The notes below the pieces were generated by a model, which made no database searches, was not told the DNA's origin, and worked only from the letters and a program-made list of their open reading frames with translations. Source: Promethearchaeota archaeon (GTDB taxonomy: Archaea > Asgardarchaeota > Lokiarchaeia > Sigyniarchaeales > SOKP01). Taken from it: a stretch of 64,000 nucleotides of DNA. Shown piece by piece: positions 40,025 to 50,300 of the stretch. Each line of letters begins with the position of its first letter. The stretch's first letter is position 1. The DNA lies in assembly GCA_016840085.1 (NCBI GenBank), contig JAEOTA010000081.1, positions 207,562-271,561 on the forward strand, written 5' to 3'. A program made the position numbers and the translations under genes.

Positions 40025-41287
40025 TTACAATGAATATTTCTTCTTAGCATATGTTTTATCTGTAAAAACATAAATTTTATCTACCCCATTTCCAATAGGA
40101 ATATTTTTTATTTCTAAATCAATTAATATCTTCTTCTCTTTTGTTCCTCTGGGAGATTTATTTACTAATTTGCCTTTATATCTTATATTTTTAGCTTTTT
40201 CATGAATATATGTATCTGTTTTTTTTCCCATAATAATGATATCATCACCTTCCATCAAATAACCATTAGTTAAAACTATTTTAGCTGTTTTTTCTTTTGA
40301 ATCATACTCTAAAATATCTCCTAGAGATATATATCTATAATGAGATAAATTTGTTGGAGATTTATGTTGATGGTCTTCTTCAGTAACTCTTTTAAAATAG
40401 AAACCTGGTGTAAATCCTCGATTGTAAACTTTTTTTAATTCTGAAACCCAACGACCTGCTCTCTTTTTTGTAAATGTTCCCTCATAATATGCTTCAATTG
40501 CTTCTCTATAAGTTTTGGTAACAATTTCTACGTAATGAGGATGTCGCATTCGACCTTCAATTTTAAAAGCATCGATTTTCGCGTTAATGAATTCAGGAAT
40601 AGAGGCAATAGTACATAAATCTCTTGAATTCATAAATCTAACTCCATCATAAATGTATTCAGTACCAGATTCTTCTTTAACCCACCATCTTCTCCTACAT
40701 GGCTGTTCACAATTTCCTCTATTTGCAGATTTCTCTTCAGTCCCACAAATATCTTGAGAAAAATAACATCTACCACTAACAGATGTACACATAGCTCCAT
40801 GAATAAATGTCTCAATTTCTGTTTTTGTTAAATTTCTTTTTATCTCTTTAATTTTTTCAAGTGATAGTTCTCTTGCTAAAATAATGCGTTCAGCACCCAA
40901 TTTTTCATAGAATCTTGCTGATAAGGAATTAGAAACATTACACTGAGTAGATATATGAAAAGGAATGTTGAATTCTTTTGCGGTCTCTATTGCCGCCAAA
41001 TCATGAACAATCACACCATCTATACCAGAATTCTTGCTTTCTTCTATGATCTTACGCATTAAATTCAATTCGTTATCATAAACTAAGATATTTGTTGTCA
41101 AATACGCTTTTAGGTCATTTTTATGACAGAAATTCACTGTCTTATTCAAGTTCTCTAAAGCAATATTTACCGAACGCATCCTCATATTGAACTTTTTAAT
41201 TCCAAAATAAACAGAATCTGCATATTTGGAGGCCGCTTTTATTGCTTTAAGATTTTTTGCGGGAGCAAGTAATTCTACTTTATTCAT
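40025..41287 (-). CDS. Peptidase U32 family (TrhP/RlhA-like Fe-S protein)
   Basis: Motifs ELLAPA, HISTQ, LARELS, HGAMC…SGRC, NRGNCEQPCR and KIEGR. Confidence 0.9.
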   Translation of the reverse strand: MNKVELLAPAKNLKAIKAASKYADSVYFGIKKFNMRMRSVNIALENLNKTVNFCHKNDLKAYLTTNILVYDNELNLMRKIIEESKNSGIDGVIVHDLAAIETAKEFNIPFHISTQCNVSNSLSARFYEKLGAERIILARELSLEKIKEIKRNLTKTEIETFIHGAMCTSVSGRCYFSQDICGTEEKSANRGNCEQPCRRRWWVKEESGTEYIYDGVRFMNSRDLCTIASIPEFINAKIDAFKIEGRMRHPHYVEIVTKTYREAIEAYYEGTFTKKRAGRWVSELKKVYNRGFTPGFYFKRVTEEDHQHKSPTNLSHYRYISLGDILEYDSKEKTAKIVLTNGYLMEGDDIIIMGKKTDTYIHEKAKNIRYKGKLVNKSPRGTKEKKILIDLEIKNIPIGNGVDKIYVFTDKTYAKKKYSL

Positions 41288-41323
41288 CTTTTTGGATTTT
41301 ATACTATTACCCTTTTTTTAAAA

Positions 41324-42553
41324 TTATCTTTCTGCAATCTGAATACTAGTTGGAATAATTGCTACTCTGGGAGTATCACCAAATTTATTTTGCAATTCTT
41401 GAATCAAGTCAGGCCATTTATTAAATAATATAACAGATTTGGGAAAGAAATGATCCTTATCTTTCTCATTAATGTTAGGGGAAAAGAGATATACCTTTCT
41501 TTTTCGGATAAAGAAATCCCAAAATTTCGTGTCTCCGACATTCCTATAGAGTCTTGCTCCTGTTTCCCCCACAAGGCTGTGATATCCCCGCCCTTCATAT
41601 GAAGATGTCATGATGATTATAGCTCCATCTGGATCGATTAGTGTTTGTGGTGCTGTCATTAAGAAATTAAAAGCTTTATATTGAGCTTGATTTAATTCTG
41701 AATCTTCTGGAAAAGAATTGAAAAAGCAAATTTGATTATTTTGGGTTACTTTTGTTGAATAAACTTGCTTTCCAAGTTCGATAGCCTTCCTGTGAGCCTC
41801 TTTAAAATGCCCAGCAAAGATCCCTGCAATTTTACCCTTATCTGTAAGTATTACATTTATTGAAAAGTCTAAACCAACCTTCTGAGCAATCTCCTCAATA
41901 TCTCTACGTGCCTCTGTGATTATTCCAATTCCTCCCGATATACTTTTATGATTTGCTTCAAGAGTATCTATTCCACATACTCCTGGTAGCACTATTTTAG
42001 CACCACCTCCAAATCCTGCGAGTGGATGAGGTATCACTCCACCTATAGCAATTTTAAAATCTCCATCAGCGTAAGTTTTATTGACATGTATTGGTGTTCC
42101 TATTGTTGATTCACCGAAGTATTTTAAATTTTCATACGGATGATGATTCTCAATTCTAAACTTATTCACTATATCTTTGCCTAGTTTAAGAATACAATCT
42201 TGCCTTGTCATTGGTCTGTGAGCGCCTATTGCTAATAAAATTGTAATCTGGTCCTTTTTAATATCTACTTTTTTTAATTCTTCAAGGACATAAGGAATTA
42301 TTTTTGAAATGGGAGTCGGTCTTGTCATATCATCAATAACAATTACCACATTAGATTTATTTTTTGCAAGTTCTGATATCTTTGGAGTACCAATAGGATT
42401 TAAAATAGATTTTTTAATATCTTCTTCCTTTAATTCCAGAACATTAGATCCGTTCATTTTATATAATGAGATATCCCATGAATCTGGAAAAGTTAATTCT
42501 AAGAATTCAGGTTCTCTCCAAGCAGCCCAAGGTATTTTAAATTTTTTTACCAA
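41324..42553 (-). CDS. LarA-family nickel-pincer racemase/epimerase
   Basis: Motifs DDMTRPT, AIGAHR, PHPLAGFGGGAK and NH. Confidence 0.85.
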   Translation of the reverse strand: MVKKFKIPWAAWREPEFLELTFPDSWDISLYKMNGSNVLELKEEDIKKSILNPIGTPKISELAKNKSNVVIVIDDMTRPTPISKIIPYVLEELKKVDIKKDQITILLAIGAHRPMTRQDCILKLGKDIVNKFRIENHHPYENLKYFGESTIGTPIHVNKTYADGDFKIAIGGVIPHPLAGFGGGAKIVLPGVCGIDTLEANHKSISGGIGIITEARRDIEEIAQKVGLDFSINVILTDKGKIAGIFAGHFKEAHRKAIELGKQVYSTKVTQNNQICFFNSFPEDSELNQAQYKAFNFLMTAPQTLIDPDGAIIIMTSSYEGRGYHSLVGETGARLYRNVGDTKFWDFFIRKRKVYLFSPNINEKDKDHFFPKSVILFNKWPDLIQELQNKFGDTPRVAIIPTSIQIAER

Positions 42554-42684
42554 TGTATTTCACACAATAAGTTTTGAAAAATTTTAATAATATAATTCGA
42601 TTTTCTTTGTTAATTAATATTTAAGTTTTAGATTTTCTTTTTATCTAGGTAAAACTTTAAATAAATATTATAAGAATGTTATAG

Positions 42685-44127
42685 TTGGTTAGTTTGGAGA
42701 GTAAAAGAGAAGAACTAATTATAATGAAATTTGGTGGATCTTGCTTACAAGATGCTCTATCTTTTGCCCAAACAAAAGAAATCATTATAAAATATCTAGA
42801 GAAATTTAATCTTATTGTAGTTAGTTCTGCGATGATAGGCATAACCGATAAATTAATTGAGTTTTACAAAAGATCTTGTAATGAGGGCTCAGAATGTGAA
42901 TATATCATAGAAGATATATATAATATTCACAAAAGATTAATAAATCAAATAATTGAATCAAAAAGAGAAGAATATGAAAAATCATTAACCTATTTACGCA
43001 AAAATATTGAAGAATTAAGACAATTAGGACGTGTGATACAGTTAATAAGACCAAGTATGGATATTCAAGATCTTATCATAAGTTATGGAGAAAAATTAAG
43101 TACATTTGTTTTAACAGAATATTTAAGCTCTAATGGGATTAAATCTAGATTTATTTCTTCAAACGAGATTATTATTACAGATGATAATTTTGGAAATGCT
43201 TTTCCAATCCTTGATGATACAGAAAATCTGGTCAATGAAAAATTAATACCTATAATGATCTCAGATCCGAATCTTACCTTATGTATTACTGGATTCTATG
43301 GAGTAACAAAAAAAGATAAAAAAATAACTACACTTGGAAGAGGAGGGAGTGATTTAACTGCCGCTATTCTTGCATATTCTTTACGAAATGCATTTAATTG
43401 TAAAGTTATCTATTGGAAAGATGTTAAAGGATTAATGGATGCTGATCCAGAAATTTCAGAAAAAACTTCTTTATTAAAACAGATTTCCTATGTTGAAGCA
43501 AAAGAACTTGCTTTTTTTGGAACAAAAGTTTTACATCCACTCTGCCTTGATGTTTGCGAGAAGGGAAACATTCCCTCTGAAATTAGATCATTTAGTGATC
43601 CTACTTCAAACGAATTTACAACTTTCACAAAAGAAATTGTAAGAAATGGAAAAGTAATTAAAGCTATCACTTCAATTTACAAACTTTCAATGGTGACTAT
43701 TGAGAGCAATATGATGGTTCCATTATCTGGCACAGCTTCTAAACTCTTTTCTCTTTTGGGGGATAATAATGTAAATATAGTATTTATATCTCAGAGTTCT
43801 TCAGAAAATAATATAACCTTTGGAATAGATTTTAAAGATTCAAAAAAAGCAAGTTTCCTCTTAAGAGACTCTGAATTTTTTGGAAAGAAATGGTTTCGTA
43901 TTAAAATTAATAATGATATTTCTTTAGTTGCAATTATTGGCGCCGGAGTTCTTCATACACCAGGTATAGCAGGAAAAGTATTTACAAGATTAGGAGAAAA
44001 TAATATTAATGTATTAGCAATTGCACAAGGATCTTCTGAATTAAACTTTACGGCAATAATAGAAAGAGATAATTGCAAAAAAGCGATTAACGTATTATAT
44101 AACGCTTTTATAAATCAAGAATATTAA
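42685..44127 (+). CDS. lysC: Aspartate kinase with ACT domains
   Basis: Motifs MKFGGS, SYGEKLS, TTLGRGGSDLTA and KVLHP, with two ACT domains (SQSSSE, AQGSSE). Confidence 0.92.
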   Translation: MVSLESKREELIIMKFGGSCLQDALSFAQTKEIIIKYLEKFNLIVVSSAMIGITDKLIEFYKRSCNEGSECEYIIEDIYNIHKRLINQIIESKREEYEKSLTYLRKNIEELRQLGRVIQLIRPSMDIQDLIISYGEKLSTFVLTEYLSSNGIKSRFISSNEIIITDDNFGNAFPILDDTENLVNEKLIPIMISDPNLTLCITGFYGVTKKDKKITTLGRGGSDLTAAILAYSLRNAFNCKVIYWKDVKGLMDADPEISEKTSLLKQISYVEAKELAFFGTKVLHPLCLDVCEKGNIPSEIRSFSDPTSNEFTTFTKEIVRNGKVIKAITSIYKLSMVTIESNMMVPLSGTASKLFSLLGDNNVNIVFISQSSSENNITFGIDFKDSKKASFLLRDSEFFGKKWFRIKINNDISLVAIIGAGVLHTPGIAGKVFTRLGENNINVLAIAQGSSELNFTAIIERDNCKKAINVLYNAFINQEY

Positions 44128-44144
44128 AAATAATAATATGAAAT

Positions 44145-45383
44145 TTAGTCGAAGAAGTCTTTAAATTTCTCTTTAGCTATATTTTTTCTAGTTTGTTGTT
44201 GTTCTTCTGGTGTTGTCGCCTTTTTTAACGCTTCATTACAAATTTTTTTTCCAATATTGACTTTAGGATTTGATGCCCAATTTACATTAAGTAATAGACA
44301 TAAGTAATAAACTGATGATAAAATGAATGCTGCGAGAAATCCAATATCGAATTCAGAAGGATTTTTTAACGAAATTTTTGCTGAAGGAACACCTTGCTGA
44401 ATTAAAGCTTGAAAAGTTGCATCAGCTTGATAATTTATAATTGTTTGAGCTGATTTACCATTAACCAAATCTATAGAAGAATTCAGTGTTAAATCAAGAT
44501 TTTCTTTCTTAATAGTCCATAATATTGGAACTACAATTCTTTTAGTTCCCCCTAGTAAAAACTCTAACACAGAATGTTGGCAAATAGGAGCTGGTTGATA
44601 TGCTCCAATCATACCTTTTCCATCTTTCCCTGTACTTTCGGATATACATTGAACCCATAATCCAACAGATCCCTCAAGATTTTTTGAATAAGGCATTGAA
44701 AAAATCATTTTAAATCCCCTCTTATATAAATTAAATAAATATGTTGAAAACTCTAACGCAGGATTTTTTTCATATGTAGAAAATAATTTATAACCTTCTT
44801 CTAATCCAAACAGAAATTCTCTAATATTAATACCTGAAATATATGCTGGAACAATACCAACATTAGTAACAGACCCAGCATATCGTCCAGAAAGATCAGG
44901 AACATCTAAAATTGGACAATTAATTGATTTTAGAATTTCATTCATGGTTCCCATAGAAGATAATCCTAGAAATTTATATCCTCTATTTAAAAATGTACCA
45001 ATTGTAGAGTTAACATCTAAAGTTTCTCCGCCTCTAGATATAGAAATAACGAGTGAATCTTCAGGAGAAGTTTTATCTAAACATCCCTTCAATTCTACTG
45101 CTCTTGAACTAGTAACAGGGAAAATTCTCTTTTTAGATAGGTGTTTTAATGCTAATAAAGTTTGAATTGAACCTCCTGTTCCTAAAATTATAATGTTTTT
45201 TAAATTCTCTGTTAAAAACTGATTTGTAATTTCCTCAATTTTTTCGAGCTCTAAATACGATTTTGTGTCAAAAAAAAAAGGAGGACTCCATTTATCTTTA
45301 TTATTTTTGATTTTATTTACTGAATCTTGTATAGCTTTTTCACTTAACTCAGGATAATATTCTAAATCTAAGTTCGACCCCAT
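44145..45383 (-). CDS. Glucose-6-phosphate isomerase-like (SIS) protein
   Basis: Motifs LGTGGS, ISRGGETLD, SGRYA, SESTGKDGKG and QHS. It is divergent from canonical PGI. Confidence 0.75.
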   Translation of the reverse strand: MGSNLDLEYYPELSEKAIQDSVNKIKNNKDKWSPPFFFDTKSYLELEKIEEITNQFLTENLKNIIILGTGGSIQTLLALKHLSKKRIFPVTSSRAVELKGCLDKTSPEDSLVISISRGGETLDVNSTIGTFLNRGYKFLGLSSMGTMNEILKSINCPILDVPDLSGRYAGSVTNVGIVPAYISGINIREFLFGLEEGYKLFSTYEKNPALEFSTYLFNLYKRGFKMIFSMPYSKNLEGSVGLWVQCISESTGKDGKGMIGAYQPAPICQHSVLEFLLGGTKRIVVPILWTIKKENLDLTLNSSIDLVNGKSAQTIINYQADATFQALIQQGVPSAKISLKNPSEFDIGFLAAFILSSVYYLCLLLNVNWASNPKVNIGKKICNEALKKATTPEEQQQTRKNIAKEKFKDFFD

Positions 45384-45618
45384 TTTAATTTCACCAATTT
45401 AGTTTAATATTATAATAATAGGATAATATAATCTACTCTTGTTTTTATTATTTTATTAATCTAAAAATCTATCTTAATAATGTCGTTTTTAGCTACGATA
45501 TGTACAAAAAAAATTTGAAAATCTTAACTCTATTTTATTTAAAATAAGGCGCTATACAACTTAACATAAAATAAGTACCTTTAAAAAATACACTAAAATT
45601 TAATTTATGTGATATAAT

Positions 45619-46872
45619 TTGGCTAAAGCAGTAGAGGCAAAAAATGGAAGTAAAGTTGAAATGGGAGAAGCATATTACTGTCCCGAATGTAAAAGAACAC
45701 ATACTAAAGGAAAGATTTATAAAGATCATTTTAAATATGCCCAGTTGGAAGAAACTGGGGAAGAAATGAATGAAGATGCTTATGATGACGAAACAGAATT
45801 AATGGAAGCATTCAATGAGTTAGAAGAAAAAGAAAACATTCTAGAAGATGAAGAGAACATTGATAAAATTGAACCTCAAATAGACCAAGGAATAGATAAT
45901 GATGAGGAGGATGATGAAATTAGTAAAAATAATTGTGTAAATGCTGTGAAAAAACTCCCGGGTGTAGGAGAAGCTACATTAAATAAACTTATAAAAGCAG
46001 GATTCAATAGCCTTGAATCTATCGCCTATACACCACCCTCCATAATTAAAGAAGAAAGTGGTCTTGGTGATAAAACTACTGAAAAACTAATTAAAGCATC
46101 AATGGAACAATTGGGCATAGGATTTAAATCTGCTGATGCTATATGGGAACATAGAAAGAATATTGCAAGAGTTACTACTGGTAGTCAAGAGCTAGATGAT
46201 GTATTAGGCGGTGGTGTAGAGACTGGAAGTGTAATTGAGTTTTTTGGAGAATTTAGAACTGGAAAAACTCAGATTATGCATCAATTATGTGTGAATGTAC
46301 AATTACCCAAAGAAAAAGGTGGACTTGAAGCTAGAGCATTATATATTGATACGGAAGGTACTTTTAGACCGGAAAGAATAATCCAAATGTCTGAAGGGCT
46401 TGATTTAGATTATAAGAATGTGTTAAAAAATATTGTTTTTGGAAGAGCTTATAATTCTGATCATCAAATTTTACTAATTAAAGAGGCCACTAATATCATT
46501 AAAGAAAAAAATATAAAATTAATTGTCATTGATTCATTAATTGGACATTTTAGAAGTGAGTATATTGGGAGAGGCACTTTAGCTAGTAGACAACAGACTA
46601 TCAATACTCATTTACATGATTTATTAAGGTTATGTGATATTTATCCTGATTTATCGGTCGTAGTTACAAATCAAGTATCTGCGAAACCGGATGTGTTTTA
46701 TGGTAATCCTTTGACTGCTACTGGCGGAAATATTGTTGCACATGGTTCAACAATTAGGGTTTATTTGAGAAAAGGTAAAGGGGAACAGAGGATTGCAAAA
46801 GTAGTTGATGCTCCTCATTTACCAGAGGCTGAAGCCGTCTTTAGTATTACGGAAAATGGAATATCTGATTAA
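45619..46872 (+). CDS. radA: DNA repair and recombination protein RadA with N-terminal extension
   Basis: HhH motif LPGVG, the GFKSA polymerisation motif, Walker A GEFRTGKT, YIDTEGTFRPER and VIDS. Confidence 0.95.
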   Translation: MAKAVEAKNGSKVEMGEAYYCPECKRTHTKGKIYKDHFKYAQLEETGEEMNEDAYDDETELMEAFNELEEKENILEDEENIDKIEPQIDQGIDNDEEDDEISKNNCVNAVKKLPGVGEATLNKLIKAGFNSLESIAYTPPSIIKEESGLGDKTTEKLIKASMEQLGIGFKSADAIWEHRKNIARVTTGSQELDDVLGGGVETGSVIEFFGEFRTGKTQIMHQLCVNVQLPKEKGGLEARALYIDTEGTFRPERIIQMSEGLDLDYKNVLKNIVFGRAYNSDHQILLIKEATNIIKEKNIKLIVIDSLIGHFRSEYIGRGTLASRQQTINTHLHDLLRLCDIYPDLSVVVTNQVSAKPDVFYGNPLTATGGNIVAHGSTIRVYLRKGKGEQRIAKVVDAPHLPEAEAVFSITENGISD

Positions 46873-46884
46873 AAATAATATATA

Positions 46885-47142
46885 TTAAATTTTTATTTTC
46901 CAACCTTCTCTCTGTGTAAATTGTATTCTATTATCCTTATTCATTTGCTGTATTATTTTGTTTATTACTTTTTCGGAAATAGTGATTCTGGATTTTACAG
47001 CACCCTCTAAAACGTTATCAATTAATAATTTTAGCGTTTGAACTGATTTTTTTTCATAGAGAATTTTTAAAACAAGTTTTTCAATAATTTTTCTGACATC
47101 TGAATGGATAACAACTTTGCCTTTTTGATTTTGATCTGACAT
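46885..47142 (-). CDS. Small winged-helix-like hypothetical protein
   Basis: 85 aa, three helices then a wing-like RIQFTQREGWKI. Confidence 0.6.
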   Translation of the reverse strand: MSDQNQKGKVVIHSDVRKIIEKLVLKILYEKKSVQTLKLLIDNVLEGAVKSRITISEKVINKIIQQMNKDNRIQFTQREGWKIKI

Positions 47143-47385
47143 ATTTCTTTTACGGTAATCAATAAACTAAATAAAGATAATTGAAATTCAGTTCATATAT
47201 GCAAAATAGATATATATAGGATAGCTATTGTACTATTTATAATTTCTCTCAAAAATAAGTTAAAGATGTTCTTTTACTAACATAGGTTTTTAAACATAAA
47301 ATAACAAAATAAAGAAAAACAATTCTTAAAGTAAATCTAATTATAAAATTCAAAAAATTATAAAAAAATGTTAAAAATTTTTTTT

Positions 47386-50300
47386 TTAAACTAGCTTTTC
47401 ATACTCTTTAGCTTTATTCGTTAATCGTTTAACTTCCTTAGTCATTTCTGTTACTCCTAACTTAAAAATTTCTGAAGCAATTTTTGAAGACATTTTGTAT
47501 TTTTGTGCTGATTCACTATATTTTTCTTCTTTAGCCGCAGTTTTTGCTTCATTTTCGAGTTTTTTCATCTTTATTTTGAGGTCTTTTATTTTAATCTTCC
47601 GTATAATATCATCTAATACGGTAAATTCCCTCGATAACTCCCAATTCAGAGCTATTCGTGCAGCATTCTGGAATATCTCAATAGATTTATCAAAATCTTT
47701 CTTATCCAGTTTTTCTCTTGCAATTTTGTTTAGTTTCTTAATTTCCTTTTTAGCCTCTTTTACATTCTCAATTAATGCAGCTCCGGGTTTAGCTTCAATA
47801 GGTGCTGAAACAATCTCTTGGCGTTCTGTTAAACTTGCAAAATAAGCCTCTCTTTCTGCAGGACCCATTTGAGCTAAATCATTAACCAATTTCTGTTTCT
47901 CTTCTGGAGATAAATCAATTAGACTTGTTACTTTTTGATTTATAAGATTTATTTCTTGTTGAGAAATAGGAGGTGCTTCAATAGCAGATATTTCTATTGG
48001 CATCAAAATTTTCATATCTCTTAATTCCTTAATACCCATGAAGATTTCTGCAGTGTCTTTACTAGATTTTTCACTTGCTTCTTTTAGAAGGGTAGCGATA
48101 AAGAAAAAGTTCCTTTCAGAATCTTTTATCAAACTATTTGCAATTTTGAGCACATCTCTTGAATGAGAAATCTTCAATGCTTTAATATTTGAAAACTCAT
48201 AGGTAATTTCATGAGGTAATATAATTGATGTGTTCAAAATCTCATCAATGAGCATCCCTGAATCTCTGAATATATTAAGTTGCCCTCTCCATGTGGGAAG
48301 ATCATTTGCATAGGTTTTTTCAAATATCTTTATTAATTCCTTTAAATTTTTACGTAAAATTATTGAAGCATTCTTAGAGAGTACTAGAGCGATTCTTATG
48401 AACTCTCCATCAGATAATAATAACATTTTGTCACCGTAACTTATTTCATTCAATTCCTCTTGAGAAACTAAATCTTTTCCAAAAGAACTTATAGCTGATA
48501 TAAATCCACTAATTAGTTCAGGGTCAATTGCTTCGGATCCAAATGATTTAAAGTAAATACATGTTCCTGTGTTCTTATGTAACACTAAAACATGTTCTAA
48601 GTTAATCGCATCATCGAATATTGTCCTAACTTCAGTTAATACTCGTGCTTTTTCTCTCTTTTTAGGAACTACAACACCACGATAAACTCCTAATGAAGCA
48701 CCAACAACAGCTATAGCTGCTCCAATAATTATAAGGTATGGTAATAAATCTCCAAATGTTAACCCTGGCGGAGGTGGATTTAATATAATATCTGAAATTT
48801 CTAGTGTATCTCCTAGATGATTGTATGTAATTTGTATTTCCACAGTAAGTGTTATATTCATTGCATCGGTTCTTGTAGGAATCTGAAAAATATATATACC
48901 TGAACTATTTGTGAATATAGGAGTTATAGAATCTCCAGCTACACCATCAAAATAGGGTGTAATAATAATATTTTCTCCTATTAAAGGCAGCCAAACTGTA
49001 CCATCATAATATTCTGCTAAAATTGTTATATTAAAAACATTACCTGCAGTAACTTCAGTTGGGATATCGAGTACTGTAATCCTAACATTATATTTTCCTA
49101 TTATCGTTAAATTAAAAGCAAAAGTTGCATTTTCATAATTGGTTAAAGCAGTTGCAATATTAATTAAATAATTTCCGGCAACTAGCTCAGAAATTGAAGT
49201 ACTAACAGTTCCGACATGATTTGGATATATAAATTGTATATTTGATTGAAGAACACCAGTTACACCTGTATTAAGGTTTCTATATGTAACATAGTAAGAT
49301 GATGCTGCCTGTGTAACATTATTATTATTAAATTCTAAATCAGATATACTATATTCTAAATTAATATCACTCCCTTTGAAAATTCTATAAAGATGTCCTG
49401 AACTAATAGACGTAAGTGCTCCACCAGGATCGGAAATTGAAATCAAATTGAATTGTGTATAATTTCCTCTCAAGTAAAATGTTACCAATGCCAAACTTAC
49501 ATCATAATTTGGAAATTTCGACACATTTAGTTGCAATGTATACCACCCTGAATTTAATCCTTTTGTGCTTACATCTACAATATAGGTTCCATTATCCCAT
49601 AAATCGTTCAATTTCCAATTGAAATCACCTCTATCCCATATTGTTCCTGTTGCATAACTAGTTATACTAACATTACTGGTTTTAAGTCCTAAAACTGCCT
49701 CGTTGTTGGTGGTATCATTAAAATAGAATCGGATAGTTTGGTTTAATCTGGAATTTCTCGCAATTTCGGAATTCCAAACAAGATTTTCTATTTGCGTTTC
49801 TATAATAGTAACGTCTATAATTAAATTTATTGTCTGTGTTTCGTTTCCTATTGCAGAAATAGTAAAGATATATGTATATGGAGAACCAGAGACATCAACA
49901 TAATCAGTATCTAAATATATAGTATAGGTACCATTAGCCCAATCTTTTAACCATGGATCGAATCCATAAGGAGGGCTCAGTTCTGTCCAATTCGCACCTA
50001 TGATCGGATCTGGAGTATAATCTGTATAATTAAAAGTATAACTTACATTGAGACCTCTTATTACTGAACCTAAATCTATATTATTTAAAGGCTCAATCGT
50101 AGTGGTTATTTGTCTATGAATCGTGAGAGGTCGCGATAAATTATTATAATGTTGTTTTGATGCATTAATTATAATGTCAATAAATCCAAAATTATTATTG
50201 AAATCAGAATGATCAGCGAAGATTGTTATATTATATTGCCCATTTCCTATATATGTGATATTATCAGTTCTATACGACATTCCTTCATTTAAACTATAAC

